NCBI RefSeq assembly: GCF_009914755.1
Contig: NC_060938.1
DNA: 64,000 bases
Reading direction: 5' to 3' (one strand)
DNA from: the human T2T-CHM13v2.0 reference genome, Homo sapiens
The notes beneath the pieces were generated by a model. The model made no database searches and was not told where the DNA came from. It saw only the letters and a program-made list of their open reading frames with translations. The position numbers and the translations under genes are program-made. Shown here piece after piece: positions 34,831-49,100 of the stretch. Position 1 is the stretch's first letter; the number at the start of each line of letters is the position of its first letter.

Positions 34831-35231
34831 CACATGACTATTAACTACAGTCACTATGCTGTACAGTAGATCTCCAAAACTTATTCATCCTGTTTAGCTG
34901 AAACATTGTACCTTTTGACCGATATCTCTCAATTCCCCTGGGTGGAATTTTCAATAGCTAGTCAGGAAAGGCCTCACTGAAAAGGTGATATTTGGTCAAA
35001 GATTTGAAGGGAGTGTGGGGGAAAGAAACATAAATATCTGGGAAAAGAGCATTCCAGGCAGAGGAGATGGCATGTATACGGGCCACAAGGCAGGAGCATG
35101 ACTACCATACTTGAGAGACCGTAAGGAATCTTCATCTTTTCCTCATGTCTTTCTCACCTCCAATATATTTAAATATGGCTTCCCCCCACCACACCCTTAA
35201 AATGGCCATTGCATAAATCACCAATAACATT

Positions 35232-35640
35232 TGTTTTAGTCCATTTTACATTGCTATAAAGGAATACCTGAGACTGAGTAATTTATAAAGAAAAGAGGTT
35301 TATTTGGCTCATGGTCCTGCAGTCAGTACAAGCGTGGCATCAGCATCTTCTTAGCTTCTGAAGCCTAAGGAAGCTTTTACTCATTGAAGAAAGCAAAGGG
35401 GGAGCAGGTGTGTCACATGGCAAGAGAGGGAGAAAGGTGGGGAGGGGGTTGTCCCACACTCTTTTTAACCAACAGATCTGATGGTAACTCTACTACGGGT
35501 AAAATGCAAACCCATTCCTGAGGGTTGGGTTGGATACCATCACCATCCCATGAGGGATTCACCTCCATAACACAGACACCTCCCACCAGGCACCCCCTCT
35601 GACACTGGGGATCACAATTCAGCCTGAGATTTGGAGGGTA
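35232..35640 (-). mobile_element. MST (MaLR) LTR, MSTB-like
   Basis: tgttttagtccatttt...gctataaaggaatacctgagactg...aagaaaagaggtttatttggctcatgg. Confidence 0.85.
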
Positions 35641-35644
35641 CATT

Positions 35645-38600
35645 GAGTATAATGTGAGCTGTAGGCTTGTAATACATGGTCTTTATTGTGTTGAAGTATA
35701 TTTCTTCTAAACCAACTCTGTTGAGAATCTTTTCATGAAACAATGTTGAATTGTTCAAATGCCATTTCTGCATCTAATTAGATGATTATATAATTTTGGG
35801 GCTTCATTTTGTTAATGTTGTATATCACATTTATAGATTTATGTATGTTGATCCACCTTGTATCCTTGGGGTAAATCCACTTGAGCATGGTAAGTTATCT
35901 TTTTAATATGCTGTTGAATTCAGTGTGCTAGTATTTGATTGAGGATTCTTGCATCTATGTTCATCAGGGATATTGGCCTGTAATTTTTCTTTTCTTTTCT
36001 TTTCTTTTTCTTGTTCTTGGCTGGCTTTGGTATCAGAGTAATGTTGGCCATGTAAAAAAAGTTTGGAAGTGAAGTATTCCTTCCTCTTAGATTTTTTTTG
36101 GAAGAGTTTGAGGATTGCTAATTATTTAAATGTTTGGTAGAATACAACAGTAAAGCTATTCTGGGCTTCTCTTTGATGGGAGACTTTATTACAATTCAAT
36201 CTTATTCATTTTTGGTCTGTTCGTACTTACTTTTTCTTCATGATTCAGTCTTGGTATCTTGCATGTATCTTGGAATTTATTTATTTCTTCTACTTTATTC
36301 AATTTGTTACTGTACAATTTTTCATAGTACTCTCTTATGAGCTCTTTTTTCTTATGAGCTTTTATATTTCTGTGGTATCAGTTGTAATGTCTCCCTTTTC
36401 ACTTTTGATTGTATTAATATTTGAGTCCTTTCTCCTTTTTCCTTGGTCTGGCTAAAGGCTTGTTGATTTGTTTATCCTTCTGAACTCTTTATTACATTGG
36501 GTTCTTTTCTGTTGTAGTTTTAGTCTCTATTCTGTTTATTTCTATTCAGATCCTTGTTATTTCTTTCCTTCTGCTGACTTTGGGTTTAGTTTGTTCTTTT
36601 TTTATTAGTTACTAGAGTTGTAATATCAGGTTGTTTATCTTTTCCTTTTTAAATTTTTATGGGTACACACTGACTGTATATGTTTATGGGGTACATGAGT
36701 TATTTTTCTACGGGCATACGACGTATAATAATTACATCACGGTAAATGGGGTATCCATCACTTCAAACATTTACACTTTGTTTGTGTTACAAACAATGCA
36801 ATTATGCTCTTTTAGTTATTTTTAAATGTACTATAAATTATGTTTGGCTATAGTCACCTTGTTGTTCTATCAAACACTAGATCTTACTTATTCTATCTAA
36901 CTGTATTTTTATGCCGATTATTAATTCTTCCCCTTAACGTTACTATTCTTCCATCTCTGGTAACCATTACTCTATTCTCTATCTCCATAAATCCAGTTAT
37001 TTTAAGTTTTAGCTCCCACAAATAAGTGAGAACATGGAAAATTTGTCTTTCTGTCCCTGGCTTATTTTATTTAACATAATAACCTCCAGTTCTATCCATG
37101 TTGTTGCAGATAACAGGATCTCATTCTTTTTCATAGCTGTATATTACTCTATTGTGTATATTAACCACATTTTCTTTATTTATTCATCTGTTCATGGACA
37201 CACAGTTGCTTCCAAATCATGGCTATTGTGAATAGTGCTGCAATATGCATGGGAGTGCAGGTATCTCTCAGATATCCTGATTTCCTTTCTTTCGTGTATA
37301 TACCTAACAATGGCATTGCTGGGTCATATGGTAGCTCTATTTTTGTTTTTTTTGAGAAACCTCCAAACTGTTCTCCATAGTGATTGTACTAATTTACATT
37401 CCCACCAATAGCGGGTTCCCTTTTCTCCACATCCTAGCGAGTATTTCTTACTGCCTGTCTTTTAGATATAAGCCATCTTAACTAGGGTTAGATGATTCAT
37501 CTTGTAGTTTTGGTTTGCATTTCTCTGATGAGCAATGATGCTGAGCACTTTTTCACATGCCTGTTTGCCATTTATATGTCTTCTTTTGAGCAAGATCTTT
37601 TGCCCATTTTTAAATTGGATGATCAGATTTTTCCTATAGAGTTGTTTGAGCTCCTTATATATTCTGGTTGTTAATCCCTTGTCAGATGGATAGTTTACAA
37701 ATATTTTCTCCTATTTTATGATTGTCTTTTCAACATCAAGTGAAATGATCCTATGGTTTTTGCTTTTAACTTTATGTGATGAATCATATTTATTGATTTG
37801 CATATGTTGAATCATCCTAGCATTTCTAGAATAAAACTCAATCGATCATGGTGAATTAAATTTTTAATGTGCTGTTGGATTTAGTTTGTTAGTATTTTGT
37901 CGAGGATTTTTGTCTCAGTGTTCATCAGGGATATTGGTCTGTAGTTTACTTTTGTTGATATGTCTCTTTCTGGTTTTGTATCAGAGTAATGCTGGTCTAA
38001 TAGAATGAATTGGGAGGTATTCTGTGTTCCTATATTTTTTGGAATAGTTTGAGTAGTGTTGGTATTAATTCCTCTATAATATTTGGTAAAATTCAACAGA
38101 GAAGCCACCATGTCCTGGGATTTTCTTTGCTGGGAGACTTTTTATTAGGGCTTTGATCTCATTACTTGTTATTGGTTTCTTCAGGTTTTGGATTTCTTCA
38201 TGGCTCAGACTTGGTAGGTTGTATGTATATAAGAATTTATCTATTTTCTCTGGATTTTCCGGTTTATTGGCATATGGTTGCAAGTGATCCTTTTAATTTC
38301 TGCAGTATTGGTTTTATGTCTTAATATTATTTATTTGGGTCTTTTCCCTTTTTCTCTTAGGTAGTTTTGTTGATTTTATCTTTTCAAAAAACAAACTTTT
38401 CACTTTGTTGATCTTCTGTATTGTATGTTTTGTTTCCATTTCATTTATTACTACTCTGATCTTTATTATTTATTTTCTTCTAATAATTTGGGTTTGTTTG
38501 CTTTTGCTTTTTTAGTTTTTAAAGATACATCACTAGATTATTTGGAATTTTTCTACATTTTTGGTGTAGGCACTTGTAGCTATAAACTTTCACTTGCCAG

Positions 38601-41600
38601 GTTTTGGTATCAAAGAGATGCTGGCTTCAAAGAACGGGTTAGGGAGGAGTCCATTCTCCCCATTTTTGGGAATAGTTTCAGTAGAATTGGTACTAGCTCT
38701 TCTTTCTATGTCTGGTAGAATCTGGCTGTGAAGCCATCTGGTCTAGGACTTTTTTGGTTGGTAGATTTTTATTGCTCCTTCTATTTTGGACCTTAATATT
38801 GGTCTTTTAGGGTTTTAATTTCTCCCAGATTCAATCTTGGGAGGTTGTTTCCAGAAATTTATCCATTTCATCTAGATTTAGTAGTTTGTGTTCACAGAGG
38901 TGTTCCTAATAGTCCCTTGGAGGATATTCTGTATTTCTCGGATCATTTGTAATGTCACCTTTGTCATTTCTTAATGTGATTGCTTGAATCTTCTCTCTCT
39001 CTCTCTCTTTCGCTCTCACTCTCGTTCTCTCTCTGTTACTGTAGCTGGCAACCCCTCAATCTTGTTTATCCTTTTAAGGAATCAACTTTTGATTTCATTG
39101 ATTCTTGGTATTAATTTTCTGGTCTGTTTCATTCAGGTCTGCTCTGCTTTTAGTTATTTTTTTCTGCTAGCTTTGTTTTAGTTTTTCTAGCTATTCTGTT
39201 GGATGCTAGATCATTAATTTGAGATATATCTAACTTTTTGAGGTAATTGTTTAGTGCTATAAACTTTTCTCATAACACTGCTTTTGCTGCATCCCAGAGA
39301 TCTTGGCATATTGTGTCTCTGTTTTCAGTCATTTCAAAGACTTTTTTGATTTCTGCCTTAATTTCATTGTTCACCCAGAAGTCATTCCGTAGCAAGTCAC
39401 TTAATTTCCATGTACTTGTGTAGTGTTGGGTGATGTTTTTATGTTGGGTGATGTCTTTATTTTTATATGATATACTATTCTAAGCTGACAACAACAACTG
39501 TACACTTTATTTGCCAACAACAACTGTACAACTTTATTTCTCCTCTCCCACATTTTATGTTTTTGATGTCAAAATTTACATCACTTTCTAATGTGTATCC
39601 ATTGACTATTTTTGCTCTATGTGTTTTAATAGATTTGTCTTTTAACCATTGTACTATAGGAAAAAAATTGCTTTACACATCATCATTACAGTCTTAGAAT
39701 ATTCTGGATATGAATTTGTATTTCTTATACCATTGCATTTGTGTTCTCATATGTTTTATGTTTTTAATTAGCAGCCTTTTAATTCAGCTCAAATAACTTC
39801 CTTTAGTAATTCTCTTAAGACATATTTAGTGGTGATGAACTCCCATAGCTTTTGTTTGTCTGGAAAAGTTTTTGTTTTTCTCTCATTTGCCAAGGACAAC
39901 TTTGCTGGGTTAAGTAGACTTTTTGGCCTTGTTTTTTCCCTTCAGCACTTTAAACACATTATCCTACTCTCTCCTGGTCTCCTGAGTTTTTGCTGAGAAA
40001 TCCAGTGACAGCTATTTTGGTATTCCCTTCTATGTGATATGCTTCTCATGATTTGCTGTTTTCAAAATGTTTTCTTTTTCTTTAATTTTTGGTATTTTGA
40101 TTACTATACATCTTGGATAACTCCTATTTGGCTTAAACTTGTTTGGATAACTCTGCATTTGCTGTGTTTAGATGTTAGCAACTTTCTCCAGATTTGGTAA
40201 TTTTTTAGAATTTCTTCTTCAGATATGCTTTCTGGTCTCTTTTCTATTTATTTTCTTTCCAAAAACTGCTATTAGATGAATATTAGGTCTTAATAGTTTC
40301 CCTTCATATCCAGAGTCTGTCTTTATTCTTTTTCATTCTTTTTATTTTTTCTCTTTTGACTGAATTATTTTAAATGTTTTGTCTCTAGCTTACTGTTTGT
40401 TTCCCTTCTGCTTGACTGAGCCTGTTGTTAGAGCTTTCTATTGCATTTTCCTTTCCATCATTTTATTCTTTAAGCTTACTATATTTTTATTATTTCTATT
40501 TCTTTGTCAAACATCTTATATTGTTTGTGTATTATTTTCCAAAATTTATTTAATTATCTATCCTTATATTCTTGTAGTTCACTAAATTTTTAAAGAGGAC
40601 TTTTCAGAATTCTTTGTCAGTCATTTTGCAAATCTCCATTTCTTTAGAGTCCATTGTTAGAGTTTCATTAGTTTATTTTGGAGGTGTCATCATTCCCCAA
40701 TTCTTCACAATCCTTGTGTTCTTGCACTGGTGTCTGTTCATTTGAGGAGGCAGCTACCTCTTTTTATAGGTATTAGTTGGCAGGGATAGACTTTCATTAT
40801 TTAGTCTAGCCTTTGATTCTAGATTGGCCAGCTGATACCAACCCTAGGAAAGCAGATCTTTCTTTCTGCTTTCAGGTTCTCCAGATGGCTCAGCTTTTGT
40901 CTTTGCTCTGAGTTCAGCTGGGACTACTGGCTGGGTTCTGATTTTTGGTAAAACCACTAAATGAGCTCTGCACTCAGACAAAATTGCTTGCTTGGATGGT
41001 GATTGCCTCTGACTGGGCCAGGCCACAGGATGTATTTCCTGGCTAGATGGTACCACTATTTGAGTTCTGCAGTTGTATGGGGTTGCAGGCTTACTCACAA
41101 AGTTAAGTGGGGACACTGCTCAGGATGGAGAGAACAGCTAATATACTTGGTGGGAATGCACATTTGATGTTTGCCTTCTGCCTGGGTGGGACCTTGGGGT
41201 GGGCTTTGAGATTGAGCCAAATCACTGTTTGGATTCCTTGTTGGGGTATATATAGCCCTTTCACTTTGCCAAAATGCACCGCAGCAGGTATCTCCCTCTC
41301 CCAGTGGGCTTTGGGGATGATTTTGAGGCTGAGTTCAGCCACTGTTCAAGTCCCCAGGTAAGGCAGTTCTAGACCCTACACTGTGCTAAAAATGGGCTGT
41401 GGTATGCATTTCCCTGCCTGGCTGGGTCCCCGTTGTGGGTTTTGAGACTAAGCCAAACCACTGTTTGGGCTTCTGAGTGGGGCAGGTCTAGCCCTTGTAT
41501 TTTACCAAAATGTGCTGTGGTCATCTCCCCCTCTGGGCAGGGCTTTGTGGTGGGATCTGGGGCTGGCATGGAGGCTGATTGTCTAGGGATTCAAGCCAGG

Positions 41601-42160
41601 TAGAACTTCCTATTTCCAGGGGCAACCAGCTTGACTTTGTTGGTTTGTTATACTTTTGGCTAATACCCCTAATCACATACCACTGCTGGCAGTTACATAG
41701 AGCTACCACCAAGATCTGCATGTTTGTCACTATGAGCTCTGCCTTCCTCCTCTGTTTCTACCTGATCACAGGTAGTCTAGCCATGATATTACCCCTATGC
41801 TCCTTGCAAGGTGAGACCAGAGTAGGCTTCCTGGGAAGTATCTTGGAATGCAGGGAACGTGAATGTCCACCTCTAGTTCTCTTTTCCTACTGTAGAAACT
41901 GTGGGCCTAGAAAAATTCTAAGTGGTGTTGTGCTGACTTGAGAGAAAGGGAGAGGTGATGTGGTCAGAGTGAGACTATTCTTTTTACCCTTTTCATGTGG
42001 CATTTTGTTTGGTTCTTTAGTTTACACAGGTTTCTCGGGCTTAATCCTGAGTTTTGAAGTGTTCACATAGGAGTTTTTGTCTGTGTACAGTTGTTAATTG
42101 AACATTCTATGAAGGGTAGGGAAAACTGGGACCTCCTATTCTTCAATCCTCCTGATGTCA
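35645..42160 (-). mobile_element. Nested old L1M/L1MA/L1PB fragments, including an L1MA 3' end at ~36645-37730 and ORF1/5'UTR-like sequence at ~39500-42160
   Basis: Degenerate antisense ORF2 peptides (e.g. [18 protein letters not shown]) and L1MA 3'UTR motifs. Confidence 0.75.
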
Positions 42161-42679
42161 CAGAGAGCCTGCATTTTGAAAAGATCCATAGGTGATGGTG
42201 ATTGATATGGACATTAAAGTTGAGAACTACTAGGTTAAACATCTATTTCATGTGAAATATGAAAAATAAGCTAGATTTTGAGTTGCAGTTATAGGGTAAT
42301 ACACATTTTTCAACTTTTTTGTCTTTACTCTTGTCCATAAGAGGCTGCAACTGATCCAAAAACAACTTATTCCCAGGTTATAGCAAAGGTTTTCAAACTC
42401 AAACAATGTAGAATTACAAAATGTAGAGTTCACATCTTCTCTGGTTAAGATAATGTTGACTAATGAAAATAATGGTAGATTGGAAAATCTATTTGAGTTA
42501 CTATACTTTCTTGTACCTAAGATAAAATACCCATATGATGATTATTGTTAATCCTCTACAGAAACATGATGAAAAGAAGTTTTAGTCAAGCAGAGGAGAT
42601 AGAAAGCAAGATCACAGGGGGTTGGGGAGTGAATATGAAATGAAGAAGTAGGGGTTGACTATACTCTTTCATGTCACTT

Positions 42680-43440
42680 GGCACCCTCCAAAGTAAAAGG
42701 AATTTGATGTAATCAATTTGCCACCCATTGCTGGCTGGTTTTCTCAAAGATTGGTGCCATATTGAGGGCTTAGCATTGGTTTCTCATCGAGGCTGCATCT
42801 TCAGTGGCTCAGTGATTTGTCACCAACCTTGGTAAGATAATGCCTGTATTTTTTGGCTTGTGGATATTTTCCATTTATACAACTTTCTTTGTATTCCCTT
42901 TTATAAGCTCTGAGGTGAATGAAATCAGAGCTGACTGACATTTTTAGATGACTTATTCTTTTCACCTAGGTATTGAGTGCCTCCACTCTGGAGGATACTC
43001 TCTAATGGGCACAGAGTTGAGAAACAAAGATCTGCATACTTTGTGCTTATTCTCATAGGCCCATACATAGGCCTCCACCTCAAATTTCATTAAATCTGAT
43101 TTTTCTGTATTTTGGGGGGGCTTTGCTTAGTGAAGTTTTTTTACAACAATCATTATTCTACACATATCCTTATCTTGCATAGCAAGCTATTTCTCCCAAC
43201 ATTCAAAGTGGACAACTAAGTATATTGCTACCAAATCATTGGTTTATGAGGATTTCCTCCACCACTACATTCTATGGCTACCCTGGAGAGGCGTTAAGCT
43301 GCAGCATTAGTCAGTTTTTATCTTGTCTAAGTGTAGATTCAGACAATCCATTTGTGAGCCAAGCCTGAGGCTGTTTCTTCCTTTATTAGCTGGTTGTGTG
43401 AAATACCATGAAGCCATAGGTATGAACTGAGGAAGAGATA
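42680..43440 (-). mobile_element. ERVL-type internal (pol) fragment
   Basis: ggtgccatattgagggcttagcattggtttctc and ctcataggcccatacataggcctc resemble recalled HERVL/ERVL internal sequence. Confidence 0.55.
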
Positions 43441-44836
43441 TTGTCACAATGAAGGCATGTTTGTATCTTACGGAAATGCTTTTTACTGTATCAAATAGTT
43501 TTCAATTCTTTCTATCAAGTGCCAGCAAGCTCAATATGAGATAGAATTTAATATTGGTAAGATAAGATTGGTTAATGATCAACTTGAAGATAATTACAAA
43601 TATGGGCACTGTGCACATTTATAACAGTTGAAATTATATTTTATTAAGAATTTCTATCATTTTTTCTCATATAATTAAGAAATATAAACAAAACTGGCAT
43701 GGACAGGTGAAACTCAGTGCTAAATTTATCAGCACTTTAAAGAGAGCCCACCGTTGAAGTCAGTTTGAACGAAGTTCTAAATTGTTTGTATTTTCTTCCT
43801 ATATAAAAGAGTTTTTCAGGCAAGTATTTAGCTACTTAATTTACATTTCACATGCGAAGTATAATAAAACAACCACTCTTTTCCCCAGAACTCACATAAA
43901 TCCTTCCTTTCAAACCCAGAAAATATTCTCAACTCAGCTTCCTTGTGACACAAAAACTAATTGCAGTAGCACCTCATTTTGTGGAGCAAATAGCTATGAA
44001 GTCTTACAAATTAAAATTCTGTAAACTACATTTCATATTGTGATTCCTTTTTATTAAGTTTTTGAGAGTTGTATTTGAAAAAATGGCATAGAACAAAAGT
44101 CAAAATTAAAGCAAGATATTAGTCAAATATTTTATAAAATGGATTTTAAGAGTTTTGTTTTAGTACTGTCCAGCAGTACTCAAATAAGTCACACAGTATT
44201 AATACTAAATTAGTTATGATATCAAATCCTGTGTTTAAAGTGGGTTTACAACAAAGCAAGCTATATCCTGAGTAATGCTCACCTTTTTGTTTAGGTCTTT
44301 GCTGCACTATATTCCAGGTAACAAATCTGCTTTAAATTCCTAATTCTTGGTTGTGTACTCTCTGAAAAAACACTGAATATCAAACTAAGGCTATTAGTCT
44401 ATTTACATAATGTAAAGACCACTTGCTACATTTTGACAAGCTGGACTTCTTAAAACTTGGCTCTTTTTCAGCCAGTATCTCCTAGTGGATAATGATTGGA
44501 TTATAGTGTTAATTGTGAGAGCAGTCTATGATATCTGTCACATGTGTTATCAATTGCTTTAGCTCAGTAATACAAAAAGGATGTCTGTATTCTTTTTGAA
44601 AAGTTGAATTACATATACAGGTTCTGATTTTACATACTTATTATTCACTTCAACAGAAAATCTAGTTCACTGTTGAAACATACTTAAATAAGACCACAGT
44701 AATGCAGATTGTGGTGAGTGGTATTTAAGATGTTAATGGCTCATTATTATAGCAGTTGTTAAATAAAACAATAAATTTGTAGACAAATATTCATGTATAA
44801 TAAAGTTACATTTGATAAATGAAAATTGTCTCTTAT

Positions 44837-45793
44837 TTATATTTTATTAACATCTTTTCCAGTCCTGAAGATTTTCCTCAGAGAATCTTTCATCTCTTTG
44901 CTCCTGAGACTATATATTAGAGGATTACAGAGTGGTGTTATCACAGAATAGAACAAGGTAATGATTTTTTGCATTTTTACTGGGTGTGCTGATCCAGGAC
45001 TAACATACATCACCATGATAGAGCCATAAAACAAGGTGACAACTGCCAAATGAGAGGCACAAGTGGAGAAAGCCTTTCGTTTGCCAGCCTCTGAAGGCAT
45101 CTGTATTACAGCCAGAATCACCAGAGCATAGGAACAAAGGATAAAGAGAAAGGTGCCAATCATGAAGATAGAATTGAATGTGGAGTAAATGAGCTAGGTG
45201 ATGATTATGTCTGCAGAACAGGACAGCATCACCAATGGTACAGGATCACAAACAAAATGGTTGATAATATTTGGGCCACAGTAGGATATCTGTGAAATGA
45301 GAATCACCAGAATTAGGAAGATTACAAAGACACATGACCATGCAAAGATGATAAGGCCAGTGCATACTTGCTTAATCATAATGCATGGATAACGTAGAGG
45401 GCGGCAGATGGCAAGATACCTGTCAAAGGCCATGATGCAAAGGAAGAAGCCCTCATCATACCCCAAAGATAAGAAGAAGTAGAACTGTGCAAAACAACTC
45501 ATGAATGAGATGGACTTGCTTGTGGAGAGGAAGTTGGCCAGCAGTTTAGGAACAGTTGTAATAACATAACATATTTCCAGGAGAGAGAAATTTCCCAAGA
45601 GGGTGTACATGGGAGTGTGAAGGTGCTGGTCCCACCACACAGCACAGACAATGGATGCATTTCCCATCAGGGTGAGAGTATAGGCTAATGAGAAGAGACC
45701 AAAGTAGAGGAGCTGCATTTCTGGGCTTGAGGGAAAGCCCATGAGGATAAAGTAGCTAACAAAATTAATCGTTTCCATGCTGGACATATTCAT
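44837..45793 (-). pseudogene. OR11K2P: Olfactory receptor family 11 pseudogene (OR11K2P) with a single in-frame TAG at 45196-45194
   Basis: The two ORF-track pieces are in one frame joined across TAG (..DIIIT*LIYSTFNSIFMIG..); motifs LHTPMY, MAFDRYLAICRPLRY, KAFSTCASHL, NPLIYSLR intact; symbol from its position between OR11H2 and OR4Q3. Confidence 0.85.
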
Positions 45794-48447
45794 TAGTCTG
45801 GAAGACATGGAGATGGCAGAGGTAATTGAAACATGAAATGGAGCATGCTGTTTCTTCTTGGAAACAACCAAAATTCTTTATCATGTATATTATAAAGTAG
45901 TAAACAGTTAGACTTTTGCTTAAACAACAATACTGTGACTTTCATGACTCAATTCCTACATATATTTATTTTGATAAATCACAACAATAGAAAGGAGGGA
46001 AAATATGAATTGTGGAGAGTTTTTTTCTTGCTAAGAACACTAGACTTGAAACCAAGAATGCAAACTTTTGTGATTCCAATAAATTACTTATACACAATGA
46101 GTCTATTCTTTCTTCTGTTTACCTGCATTATTGATACTATATTTATCTGGGTATGTTTCAACAGTACTATGAATACATGATTCATTATTATTTATTAGTG
46201 ATATAAAAATAAAATACAAAACCAAGATATTTAAAAATACTCTTTCTCAATATAGTGCCATGCCAAGGCACAAATTCATATTTACTTTCAATTTCAGCTA
46301 CTCCAGGTTACTTGTAGTGTTTTAAAGTGGAAATAAGAAAGAACTCTGTCATTAGAGGATATATGGTCTTTTATGCTGTTTCATGTATCTGTACCAATGT
46401 TTAGCATAAAAAATACATTCTTTTATTTTTAGGCAGCTGCATACACTATATGCTATGAGGAAGTGTGCCATACTTTGTCTCTTAAATTGCTCTGACTAAA
46501 TATTTTTATATGCTTCCGGGTGAATGTATGAACTTCATATGCCCATTATGACATTGACCTTAGGGAGAACAGCTGGTCTGCATGACTGTGGCCAAGTTCA
46601 ATGTGCTTGTTATTTGTTAACCATGGTCAAGTCAGCTGCAGGAAAATAAGAAAGGCAGATAGAATTTATATTACAAAAGTTTCCATGTTTTTTATTCACT
46701 GCTTTCTTCCACATGTTCCTTTTCTTCCTTTGACCTTTGGTGTTATTTTGCATCTCACTGCGGTTGTTCTCTGAGGCCTTTCCTATCTAGGCAAATGTGA
46801 AACATGAAACTTTTCCCTTCATTACTCTCTGCTTAACTTCTAGCCCAAATAACAACAAAAACAAAAAAAAGTCATATGAGCTGAAGATTTTTGTTTCTTA
46901 AATAATAACTAATTTGTATAATACCAAGTCTTATTAATGTAATGGAACTGAAAATCAGTATTTGGGCTTGAGAAAGAAAATATTGCTGGAGAGAGAAATA
47001 TGCCATATTTCTTCTGCTCACCAAATAACAAAAATTACCAAAATATACCCTTCTCCAGTAATTCATCAGTTAATGTACATCTTCACTTGAAATACTATTC
47101 TTTTTGTCTATATGGCGATTCATGTTTTAAAGGGATATGAACCATAATTGAAAAATATTTTCCAGAATTCAGGGAAACAAGAAGAAAAACTTATATTTTT
47201 CAGCCTCATTCTTTGCCAGCATTTCATTCTGAGATACATTTTTAGTTTTCTCAGAGACAAGAAAAAAACATTTTCTATGATTTTTGCAAAAAAACTGGGT
47301 GACTTACATGTTATATACTTCCCACTCACTCTTTGAGTGAATGCTGAGAAGGTCAGGGACAGGAGACAAAATATTATTCCACAGAGCCAAAGACATGTGA
47401 AGAACTTCCAAGAAATTGCATGATCCTGTTTGTTATCTCTCATGGGTTGCAAAAAGTAAACCCTAAAAGATTTTCCCCACCTTCAAAGCATATATTAATG
47501 GTCAAAATGCAAGCTCAAGTGAGTGTATTATATATATATCTATTTACTTGCATCATACCCTTTTGGGACTTGGAGCTCTGTCTCTCTTGGGATATTTTGA
47601 TAGTGTTTGTTTAAAAGAAGATAACAATTTGAATTTTCACAATCAAAAGCCAGTTCTTACTATCCCCTAAAGAATAGTGAAAATGTAGAAGCAGATCTTA
47701 TCTTTTCTTTTTTCTTTCGTGTTCATGTATTGTCAAAGCTTCCTGAGGAATAATTAAGTAGTAAAAGGGATTGTCATTTAAGCTACAGTGGTAAGCTTTA
47801 CCATAATACTCTCTAGATCTATTTTGAAGAAAAAGAAATCATTCTCTGGTCATCAAATATTTGTACCTGCAGAGTTATTAGAGATATTTGAGTTGAATTT
47901 TATGTAGAGCACAAGAAATTTAATTGGCATTTAGTTATTCCACAAATATTTACTGAATGCCTACTGTATACTTAAACATATACTATATATATTTTTAATT
48001 TTTTGAGGAACCTCCATATGGTTTTTCATAATGACTGTACAAATTTACTTTACCACCAACAGTGTATAAACGTTCCCTTTTCTCTGCATTCTCACTAACT
48101 ATTGCCATCTTTTGTCTGTTTGATCATGAACATTCCGATTGGGCTGAGGTGCTATCTCATTGTGGTTTGATTTGCATTTACCTGATGATCAGTGATGCTG
48201 AGGATTTTTTCATATGCTTTTTGGTCATTTGCACATCATATTTTAAAAAATATCTAGTCAGGTTTTTTGCCCACTTTTAAATTGAATTATTTGGTGGTTG
48301 TGTTGTTTTTTGCTATTGAGTTGCTTGAGTTCCTTATATATTTTGAATATTAACCCCTTATCAGATGTATAATTTGCAAAAATTTCCTCCTATTCTGTAG
48401 GTCATTTTTGGTTCTGTTGTTTCTTTTGAGCAGAAGCTTTTTATTTT

Positions 48448-49100
48448 TTTTTATTTTTTTTTTCAAATACAATTTTATTTTTATTTTTTTTAGCTATTAT
48501 TAACTTTTATGAACATGAATTCCAAAATTTTTATTTTATTTTTATTTATTTTTTTTTAATTTTTTTTTTAATTATACTTTAAGTTTTAGGGTACATGTGC
48601 ACATTGTACAGGTTAGTTACATATGTATACATGTGCCATGCTGGTGCGCTGCACCCACTAACGTGTCATCTAGCATTAGGTATATCTCCCAATGCTATCC
48701 CTCCCCCCTCCCCCGACCCCACCACAGTCCCCAGAGTGTGATATTCCCCTTCCTGTGTCCATGTGATCTCATTGTTCAATTCCCACCTATGAGTGAGAAT
48801 ATGCGGTGTTTGGTTTTTTGTTCTTGCGATAGTTTACTGAGAATGATGGTTTCCAATTTCATCCATGTTGGTGGGACTGTAAACTAGTTCAACCATTGTG
48901 GAAGTCAGTGTGGCAATTCCTCAGGGATCTAGAACTAGAAATACCATTTGACCCAGCCATCCCAATACTGGGTATATACCCAAATGACTATAAATCATGC
49001 TGCTATAAAGACACATGCACACGTATGTTTATTGCGGCTCTATTCACAATAGCAAAGACTTGGAACCAACCCAAATGTCCAACAATGATAGACTGGATTA
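48448..49100 (-). mobile_element. Short L1HS pre-Ta-like insertion (ACG, 3'UTR A) with 5' inversion and 3' transduction
   Basis: TSD agaagctttttatttt (48432-48447, 49101-49116); diagnostic ACG at 48664-48662; minus 48572-48868, inverted plus 48866-49104; extra sequence between two poly(A) tracts. Confidence 0.92.

Noticed and set aside
39426-39540. Short tandem duplications (ttgggtgatgt...; acaacaactgtaca...) as an array
   Set aside because: Only two copies each, at L1 fragment junctions; ordinary slippage, with no repeat-spacer structure
45794-45871. N-terminal extension of the OR11K2P ORF in the track
   Set aside because: Starts at a non-ATG codon and lies upstream of a good splice acceptor (45798), so it is probably intronic
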